Position numbers and translations under genes: made by a program
Shown: positions 1 to 7,668 of the stretch, one piece after another
Layout: every line of letters starts with the position of its first letter
How positions within the stretch are numbered: position 1 is the stretch's first letter
NCBI GenBank assembly: GCA_963777955.1
Contig: CAVZSQ010000012.1
Coordinates: 1-13,095 of the forward strand
Reading direction: 5' to 3'
Origin: Calditrichia bacterium
GTDB taxonomy: Bacteria; Calditrichota; Calditrichia; JAJRVZ01
DNA length: 13,095 nucleotides
The notes under the pieces: generated by a model
Seen by the model: only the letters and a program-made list of their open reading frames with translations
Databases searched by the model: none
Told to the model about the DNA's origin: nothing

Positions 1-22
1 TCTAATATATTTAAAATAAAAC

Positions 23-50
23 GAGATCCCGGCTCTTAGGCCGGGATGAC
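23..50 (-). repeat. REP-like palindrome (GTCATCCCGG...CCGGGAT type)
   Basis: ATCCCGGC (26-33) / GCCGGGAT (40-47) form an 8-bp stem. The minus strand reads GTCATCCCGGCCTAAGAGCCGGGATCTC, whose GTCAT tag resembles GTCATTCCCGC at 1805 and 9503. Confidence 0.6.
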
Positions 51-82
51 AACTAAAGAATATCATAACAAATTTTATTCTC

Positions 83-1626
83 ATGTCCAGAACCAGAAAA
101 ATATTTCAAATCCTCTTCCTGCTGTTTTTCATTTTCTTATTCATGAAAGCACGGTATCCTTACAACGATGCACTCACCTCGGATATTTTTCTGCGTTTCA
201 GTCCGCTGATACCTTTATTTGATTTTATTCAGCATTTCAGGATATCCTGGCTATTCTGGCCGGCGTTGATCATCCTGCTGGCCACACCATTTTTCGGCCC
301 ATTCTTTTGCGGCTGGATCTGTCCGGTCGGCACTACCATCGATGTCTCCAGTAAAATTGTAAAATCCCCTTCCAATAAAATCTCCGCCAAATTCGAAAAC
401 TGGCGCTATGTGAAATTTGCACTCCTGGTGGGCTTGATTATCCTGGCTATTTTTTCAGTCAATCTATGGGGCTATCTTGATCCGCTTTCAATCTTTAACC
501 GGGCTTTGACCGCCATTCTTTATCCACTTTCAACCCTGTTCGTTGAGAAATCTTTACTGGCGTTAGCCAGTATATCATTTTTAGCTGATCCTGTTTATTA
601 CATATATGATCATTTTAAAAATTTGATTATGCCCGAAGATCAGATTTTCCTGCAACAGTTATTCTGGATATCCATCTTTTTTATTATCATTCTTGGTCTG
701 GAAAAATTATCGCGGCGATTCTGGTGCCGCAATTTATGTCCCGCCGGTGCCTGGCTGGGATTCCTGTCCCAGTTCCGTCTTTACGAACGCATTGTCGGAG
801 ATCAGTGCCCGGTATGCAACAAGTGCCAGGTTGAATGTAAGATGAATGCCATACCGGCCGGGAATGTTAAACTGACTAATAGAGTAGAATGTATAGAGTG
901 CTTCAACTGCGGAGCCGTCTGTCCGCCCAAAGCCAAACTCGATCACTTACCGCTGGCGCTGGAAACCTTATCATTCTGAGGTTGACTATAACCGCCGCCA
1001 GTTTATCACCACTTCGGCCACGAGTGTGGCAGTGCTCGGTTTATTATCTCTCGGTTTTAAAAATCGTCAGGAGCGTAAAGGTATTATACGTCCACCGGGT
1101 TCATTACCTGAAGATGAATTCCTGGATCGCTGTATCCGCTGTCTGGAATGTGTGCGTATCTGTTCCGACTAACGGCCGTTGTTTGCAGCCGGATCATATT
1201 CATAATACAGTTCTGGAACTGTGGGCTCCTACAGCCATCATGCGCGAGGGGTATTGCGAATATAACTGCAATTTGTGCGGACTGGTATGTCGTACTGAAG
1301 CCATACTTCCGCTCGGGCTGGAACAGAAAAAAGTTACCCCATGGGTCTGGCCTATTTTGATAAAAATCTTTGCATCCCTTATGCACAGATAAGGACTGTA
1401 TTGTCTGTGAGGAGCATTGTCCCACGCCGGGAGAAAGCCATCAAGTTCGAAATTAAGGAACGATCTTACCCGACGGTACATTACGTAAGGTGAGTATCCT
1501 TATGTGGTTCGGGAGTTATGCATCGGTTGCGGGATATGTGAAACCAAGTGTCCATTGCCCACGGCCTCTACTATTATTGTTACGAATGAGAATGAAAAAC
1601 GGCTGTCCCCGGCAGAAGTAATCTGA
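83..1626 (+). CDS. Membrane-bound polyferredoxin: NapH/MauN-like membrane domain fused to a NapG/MauM-like 4Fe-4S domain (several apparent frameshifts)
   Basis: N-terminal TM helices with FFCGWICPVG and RFWCRNLCPAGA motifs, plus CxxCxxCxxxC clusters. After a shift near 940 it reads NRRQFITT...IRPPGSLPEDEFLDRCIRCLECVRIC, then GYCEYNCNLCGLVC, DCIVCEEHCP and LCIGCGICETKCP, ending at TGA 1624-1626. The provided ORFs 83..979 and 889..1392 are fragments of it. Confidence 0.8.
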
Positions 1627-1631
1627 CTAAC

Positions 1632-1720
1632 CGGTCATCTCGACTTCGCTTGATGACCGTCGTCGTGTTTCCTGCGGAGTTATCCTGAGCGACACCGAAG
1701 GGAGTTTAAGTGAGTCGAAG
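1632..1720. repeat. Palindromic repeat pair (GGTCATC...GATGACC hairpin and GTTATCCTGAGCG...GAGTCGAAG element)
   Basis: CGGTCATC (1632-1639) / GATGACCG (1652-1659) form a stem. 1679-1720 is partly complementary to it (TCGACT/AGTCGA) and resembles GTCATCCTGAGC-type repeats. Confidence 0.55.
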
Positions 1721-1804
1721 CGACTCTCATGGCCTCCAAACAGCATCCCCTAGCGGTTTTTCACTGGTACGATATTCATCTCCCCCGATCAAATACAGTA
1801 AGGG

Positions 1805-1855
1805 GTCATTCCCGCAAAATGTGTATCTTGCTTGAGCAAAGTATAGGCGGGAGTG
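1805..1855 (+). repeat. GTCATTCCCGC...GCGGGAGTG palindromic element with an internal hairpin
   Basis: CATTCCCGC (1807-1815) pairs with GCGGGAGTG (1847-1855), with one G-T. An inner TTGCT/AGCAA stem is present. A truncated homologue lies at 9503-9525. Confidence 0.6.
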
Positions 1856-1857
1856 CA

Positions 1858-1890
1858 CCACGTTAAGGGTGCCGTGCACCCTTAACGTGG
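1858..1890. repeat. Perfect 15-bp inverted repeat, copy 1 of 3
   Basis: CCACGTTAAGGGTGC-CGT-GCACCCTTAACGTGG, 7 nt beyond the GYD stop codon, with no U-tract. Confidence 0.9.
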
Positions 1891-1897
1891 CCAGGGG

Positions 1898-2197
1898 TTA
1901 CACCTCACTCATAATCTTATCAAACTTTTCAACAGGTATTGCCTCCGAGGTGGCAAAGGCGATGCCGGTTAATTTGCTCAAGGCGATTGATGCCTTCAAA
2001 GCCGCTTCCATACCCGGAAAATCGATAATGAATAAAAGATCTTTTTCACCCAACAGAGCATACATCGATTTAACCTCACCGCCCAATTTCTTTAACATAT
2101 CCAGGGACTTCCTCGTACGATCGCCGCTGATATCTTTAATCGCCCCGGTAGTATATTTACCGAACATAACATAAGTTGAGATATGATTTCCTTTCAT
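1898..2197 (-). CDS. GYD-domain protein, copy 1
   Basis: Small protein TYVMFGKYT...LGGEVKSMYALLGEKDLLFIIDFP...TSEAIPVEKF, matching the GYD-family pattern (GEKD at the GxYD position). It is 84/94 aa identical to 9574..9858. The start is ambiguous: ATG at 2197, or ATC at 2182, which aligns with the ATG of copy 2. Confidence 0.85.
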   Translation of the reverse strand: MKGNHISTYVMFGKYTTGAIKDISGDRTRKSLDMLKKLGGEVKSMYALLGEKDLLFIIDFPGMEAALKASIALSKLTGIAFATSEAIPVEKFDKIMSEV

Positions 2198-2270
2198 GTT
2201 AGAGTTCTGAAATTCGAAAAAACAGTTTTAAGACAGAGAAATATAATTTTTATCGTATTCAGGTTGAATT

Positions 2271-2298
2271 AATATACCTAGTGGAGTAGCGATTGCAA
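2271..2298 (-). promoter_or_regulatory. Putative sigma70 promoter of GYD copy 1
   Basis: Minus strand TTGCAA-N16-TATATT. The same hexamers and spacing occur at 9953-9980 with a largely different spacer. Confidence 0.65.
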
Positions 2299-2463
2299 GA
2301 AAATAAATCGGACAAGACGCCCCTAACTGGCACTATTTTTAATAAAAACTCTTTGAACCCTGTCCTATTTTACTTAATTTTCAACGATTCCTCTCATCTG
2401 GTATATAGCACTTATATTCAGGAATTACTGAACCGGCTTCTTACCAACACAAAAAGAAAATCT

Positions 2464-5400
2464 ATGAATCGTATTCGAGCGATTTCGCTTTTCTGCTTAA
2501 TTGGTCAGATTGTAATTCCAATTTTTTCTTCCCGCCCAGGATGAACAACTACGCTTTGAACGGATTTCCACCCAGGAAGGCCTCACTCAATCTACCGTTA
2601 ATTGCATTTTAATGGACCGCCAGGGATTTATGTGGGCTGGTACATGTAATGGATTAAACCGCTATGACGGTTATAATATCAAGAAGTATCAATCCAGGCA
2701 AAATGATGAAAACAGTCTTTCCCATTTTTATATTCAGGATTTATATGAAGATCCGGCAGATTCTGTACATATAATGTGGATTGGTACAAGCGGAGGCGGA
2801 CTCAATCGTTTCAATATGGAGACGGAACAATTCAGGACTATCACCACCAGGCAGATAATTCAAACAGTCTGACGCATGATATGATCCATTCCCTATGCCC
2901 GGGTGACAGCGGGAATCTATATATTGGCACCTGGGGTGGCGGAGTTGATATTTTCAATCCTAAAACTGAGAAATTTATTCATATTCGGCATGATCCCGAA
3001 AATAGCAATTCATTATCAAGCGATAATGTAATGGTTCTGCTGCGCGATCGCTGGGGACTGATCTGGATCGGAACCGAAGGGGGCGGGCTTGATTGTTACG
3101 ATCCACAAAATAAATCGTTTTTACATTTTAAATATAATCACGCTGATGCAAAAAGTCTCAGCAACGACTTTGTCTGGTCCCTGTTTCAGGATAAGACCGG
3201 CAATCTCTGGATCGGTACAAAAAGGGGTTTGAATGTACTAAATTTATCAAATCTGAATAATAAAGATGAACTATTTTCTTCCCCGAATTTAATATTTGAC
3301 CGGTTTGACAATAATCCTGATAATATAAATGATAAATGGATTGTTGGCATTAGTGCAGACTGGAAGAATAACATCTGGATCGGCAGTTATGGCGGTGGTT
3401 TATACAAATTCAATATAATCTCACGAAAATTTACAAATTACAAAAATGATTCTACGGACAAAAATTCCATCGGCATTAACGATATAAAACCGGTATACAT
3501 CGATCCACGCGGACAGGCGCTGTGGGTAGGGACCGATGGCGCAGGGCTGTACAAATATTCCTTTCAACAGAAGCAATTTTATCACCTGCAGCACCAGGTG
3601 AATAATCCGAACAGTCTCAGGCCCAAACGCTGTCTTCGGAATAATTGAAGATTCCCGGAATGAAATATGGATCGGAAACTCATCTAAAGGATTGGATCGA
3701 TACAATCCGCACACCGGGAAGTTTAAGAACTTTACCTATGATCCCCTTGATTCCTTCAGCCTGACCAGTGGTAAGATAAATCTTATAAAAGAAGACCTTA
3801 ACGGCGATCTTTGGCTGGGCACAGCTGATGGACTGAGTAAATATGACCGGAATCATAGAGTCGATTCACCAGGTATTCCCGGGACACCTTCCGGGATACA
3901 GTAAAATTTCCGGAATGGATTCACGGCCTGGTGATTGATAGCCTCTCCTCTCCTCCGGTGTTATGGTTGGGCGGATATGACGGTCTTTACAGATTTAGTT
4001 ATACGGAAAATTTAACCAGGTATTATGCTCACAGTAAGGCAGATTCAAATACTTTGATTAACGACAATATTCTGTTCCTGCATGGTGAATACAATCTGAA
4101 TAAGCTGATTTTATGGATTGGTACCGAGAATGGACTGGATAAATTTGATGTCGCGCAGAATAAATTTACCCATTTCCTGTATGTTCCTGATGATCCCCAT
4201 AGTCTGAGTAATAATTCTGTTTATTGTATTTATCGTGATACCTCCGGCAGATTATGGCTCGGTACCATCGGCGGAGGTTTAAACCTGCTTAATGAACGAA
4301 GTAATACATTTTGTTCCTATACACAGGAAGATGGCCTGGTCAACAATTCCGTAATCGGCATCATTGAAGACGATAAAAATAATTTATGGATAAGTACCTA
4401 TGCCGGACTATCCAAATTTAATCCGCAAACGAAACAATTTAAAAATTATGATGATAAAGATGGATTGGAAAACTACGAATTCTGGAACTGGTCATTTTTA
4501 AAAAGCCATACGGGCAGAATGTATTTTGGCGGTAATAACGGTGTTATCTATTTTCATCCCGATAGTATCATCGAAAATCCTAATATTCCCAATATCGTCC
4601 TTACTGATTTGCAGGTATTTAATCAATCGGTTATGCCCGGGGAAAAATCTCCCCTGCTTAGAACAATCTCTGCTGCAACTGAAATTACCTTGCCTTACGA
4701 CCAGGACATTTTTTCTGATCGGATTTTCCGCCTTAGACTATACCGCACCGATGAAAAATTTGTATGCCTATAAATTGAGCGGAGTAAATGCGGATTGGGT
4801 TTATAGCGATGCCAGCCATCGCTCAGCCACATATACCAAACTGGCTCCGGGAGAGTATATCTTCCGGGTCAAAGGTTCCAATAATGATGGAATCTGGAAT
4901 GAAAACGGAACTTCGCTTAAAATAGTCATCCTTCCCCCCTGGTACCGCTCTAAAATTGCATATGCTTTTTATCTTCTGGCCTTCCTTGGTCTGGTAGCAG
5001 GTACCTGGAAATGGCAGGTTAATCGATTAAAAAGCGAACACCAGCGTGAACTCGAACATCTGGAGGCAGAAAAGCTCAAAGAGATTGACCAAGCCAAATC
5101 TCGTTTCTTCGCTAACATCTCTCATGAATTCCGCACGCCGCTAACCTTGATTGAAGGACCCATAAAACAACTCCTGCAGGGTGAATTTGCCGGCAACCTG
5201 AAGGAACAGTATCAATTGATCTTACGCAATTCCAAAAGACTGCTGGATCTGGTCAATCAGTTACTAGATTTATCCAAGTTAGAAGCCGGGCGAATGAAAT
5301 TACATGTAAAGAAACAGGATATCATTCCCCTGTTGCGCGGCCTGGTGCAGTCATTCGAATCCCTGGCCCGGCGAAAAAATATTGAATTTTCATTCCAATG

Positions 5401-6835
5401 CACACCCGATGAACGTTTACATGGTATCGTACCCCAACACGCAACATTCATTGACGCCGAAAAATTGGAAAAAATCATCGACAATTTATTATCAAATGCC
5501 TTCAAATTTACGCCCGATGGCGGACAGGTGGGGGTGGTGGTGTCGTATGATAATGATGGGTATGCCCGTAGGGGCGCGGATAACCGCGTCCCTACAATCA
5601 CCGGAATCCTTCCACGTGGTATGGATCGCCGTGCCCCTGCGTCCGATGTACACCCAGCGGTTATCATAGCCATCACCAACACCGGCCCGGGTATTCCTGC
5701 CGACAAAATCAATCACATTTTCGACCGGTTTTACCAGGTCGACGATTCTCAAACCCGTCATCATGAAGGTACCGGCATAGGTCTGGCCCTGGTGCAGGAA
5801 TTGGTAGAGTTACACCATGGTCAGATTACGGTCACCAGCGAACCGGGTAAGCTGACCACCTTCACTGTGATGATTCCGATTGATCAGGAATCATATGATG
5901 AATCGGAAATATGCCGGGATGAAATATTGGAACCGATGGTGGTTTATGCGAACGGTGGTTCGGTTATTGAAAACACGGTAATATCCACGGATGTTATTTT
6001 CACGCCCGATTTACCATTATACGCAGCGGCGCGAATAACCGCGCCCCTACAAAATCGAACACACCCCCGTCCCGCCAAAAAGCCATTGCCGGTTGTATTG
6101 ATTGTGGATGACAATTCCGATGTGCGGCAATATATCGGTGGTTTATTGAACCCGGATTGCCGCATTATGGAAGCGGAAAATGGTGAACAGGGAATATCGG
6201 CAGCAAAACAGAGCATGCCTGATCTGGTCATCAGTGATGTAATGATGCCGGGGATGGATGGATATGAACTGTGCCGAAAGATTAAAACCGATCTGCAGAT
6301 CAGTCACATTCCGGTCATATTATTAACCGCCCGGGCGGAGGAAAGCGCTAAACTCCAGGGTTTGGAAACTGGTGCTGATGATTATCTTACTAAACCGTTT
6401 GAAGCCCGTGAATTACAGTTACGGGTAAGAAATATTATCCGCTATCGTAAGCAATTGCAGGAAAAATTCAATCAAGATCTTTATATCAAACCCAAAGATA
6501 TCACCGTAACCTCGCTTGATGAAAAATTCCTGGAAAAAATTATACAGATGATTAATGAGCAAATATCAGATTCCGATTTGAATGTTGAAAAATTATCTAA
6601 CGTCTTGAATATGAGCAGAATCCAATTATGGCGTAAAGTAAAGGCCTTGTTAGGATTGACTCCTGTTGCTTTGGTAAGAAGAATTCGCATACAAAGGGCT
6701 AAAGAACTGCTGGAACACCATTTCGGGAATGTCTCACAGGTCGCCTATGAAGTAGGTTTTAACAACATATCCTATTTTTCCAAGTGTTTTCAGAAGCAAT
6801 TCGGTATTCATCCCTCATTGTCTATCCTGAAATAA
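2464..6835 (+). CDS. Hybrid two-component system sensor kinase/response regulator (beta-propeller sensor, Y_Y_Y, TM, HisKA, HATPase, REC, AraC HTH); about 6 apparent frameshifts in the 5' half
   Basis: Signal-peptide-like start MNRIRAISLF, then LRFERISTQEGLTQSTVNCILMDRQGFMWAGT, many LWIGTxGGGL propeller repeats, Y_Y_Y region (YAYKLSG...YTKLAPGEYIFRVKGSNNDGIW), PPWY + TM helix, H-box FFANISHEFRTPLTLI, N-box NLLSNAFKFT, G2 GTGIGLAL, receiver VDDN...SDVMMPGMDG...KPF, and AraC VSQVAYEVGFNNISYFSKCFQKQFG. Confidence 0.92.
5568..5595 (+). repeat. GTAG-type REP-like palindrome inside the HTCS coding sequence
   Basis: GTAGGGGCGCGG-ATAA-CCGCGTCCCTAC: 12-bp arms with one G-T, translated as RRGADNRVPT. 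It shares GTAGGGGCG with the intergenic element at 9292. Confidence 0.8.
6023..6050 (+). repeat. Second, degenerate intragenic copy of the GTAG-type palindrome
   Basis: GCAGCGGCGCGAATAACCGCGCCCCTAC is 24/28 identical to 5568-5595. It is translated as AAARITAPL in the HATPase-REC linker. Confidence 0.75.
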
Positions 6836-6886
6836 ATTCGATTATTTTCTTTCTTAATTTCTATCGTGGAGCCCACTTTACTAAAA

Positions 6887-6953
6887 AATGTAACATTTGT
6901 GCTAAGTAATGTTACATATCTGTTAGACATTTTAACCCCTTTTTCGCTATAGT
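6887..6953 (+). promoter_or_regulatory. Putative AraC/HTCS binding site pair plus promoter for the downstream operon
   Basis: AATGTAACATTTGTGCTA (6887-6904) and AATGTTACATATCTGTTA (6908-6925) repeat with a 21-bp period. They run into TAGACA (6924-6929)-N18-TATAGT (6948-6953). Confidence 0.6.
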
Positions 6954-7042
6954 TAGAACGGTATATAGGTCAGACAGTTAAAAGAGCTTTTTAAATCTAT
7001 ATGACATATTTTCTATCAAAAATCTAATCCCAGGAGGTCTTT

Positions 7043-7578
7043 ATGTTAAGTTCAAAAAATTTAATTTTTATTACCGCCCTTGTTTTCATCTGGATCAGTG
7101 GATGTCAGGATGGTAGTAATCCTATTGAAAATCTTACTTCCACAACCACTGCACCCGCAGAAAATCCCATCAATGGATTAGCAAAAGCAACCACGGTTAT
7201 GACCAAAGACACGATTAATGAATACTGGCAGTTGTCAGGTGAGTGTTTGGGGGAATTACTCGATATCTATTACAGTGATGAACTCATTTGCATACCACGA
7301 TCGATAATCAAGGTGGATTTCATACGGTTATGCATTGGCGTCCGATTAACACGATCGCTTATGGGGTAGAAACCGGTAACATCTGGATCACGGTAGGAGC
7401 CGTACCCATATTGATCATTCTGGCAAAGTCGGGGAATTTTACAGATGCGGGTTGTTATGACTGGAAGGCACAGCAGGAAGGACCAAGTCTGATTGAACGC
7501 TGGATTTTACATTGTACGGTTAATGCCAATGGTATTATGACTGTAGACAGGGAAGTCTATAGGTTCATCTGTAAATAG
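7043..7578 (+). CDS. Hypothetical lipoprotein (at least one apparent frameshift, near 7287)
   Basis: AGGAGG RBS at 7032-7037. The signal peptide MLSSKNLIFITALVFIWISG-C has a lipobox-like Cys. ORF 7043..7369 continues into ORF 7288..7578 (HTTIDNQGGFHTVMHW...TVNANGIMTVDREVYRFICK). Confidence 0.65.
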
Positions 7579-7668
7579 AAGGTGGGCTGTCGTTCATAGG
7601 TCTTTTTAGTAACCGGTCTAAATCATACTGTCATTATTTAGAATCATAAAATCCGGAGGAGGCGTTAT

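Larger units (their letters stand above)
1628..2304. repeat. Direct-repeat unit A (palindrome cluster + GYD gene + promoter), homologous to 9402-9986
   Basis: Landmarks in the same order in both units: TAACCGGTC(A/G)TCTCGA, GTCATTCCCGCAAAA(T/C)GTG, 15-bp hairpin, 7-nt spacer, 285-bp GYD gene (241/285 nt identical by hand alignment), TTTCCTTTC RBS, TTAATATAC, GATTGCAA(G/C)AAAAT. Confidence 0.9.

Noticed and set aside
1858..1890. Rho-independent terminator call for the hairpins after the GYD genes
   Set aside because: There is no U-tract on either strand, and the same element occurs between divergent promoters at 9995, so it is annotated as a repeat instead.
1869..2174. Antisense ORFs over both GYD genes (1869..2174 and 9626..9850)
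   Set aside because: They are shadows of the real minus-strand genes, and their mutual similarity is explained by the duplication.
5400..5445. Possible further decayed palindrome in the HTCS (ACATGGTATCGTACCCCAAC, peptide ERLHGIVPQHA)
   Set aside because: It looks like a short insertion ending in a CCCCTAC-like sequence, but it is too degenerate to support without an alignment.
5257..6690. Minus-strand and alternative-frame ORFs overlapping the HTCS (also those over the ferredoxin, tetR, tolC and hlyD genes)
   Set aside because: They have no recognisable motifs and are fully overlapped by well-supported genes.
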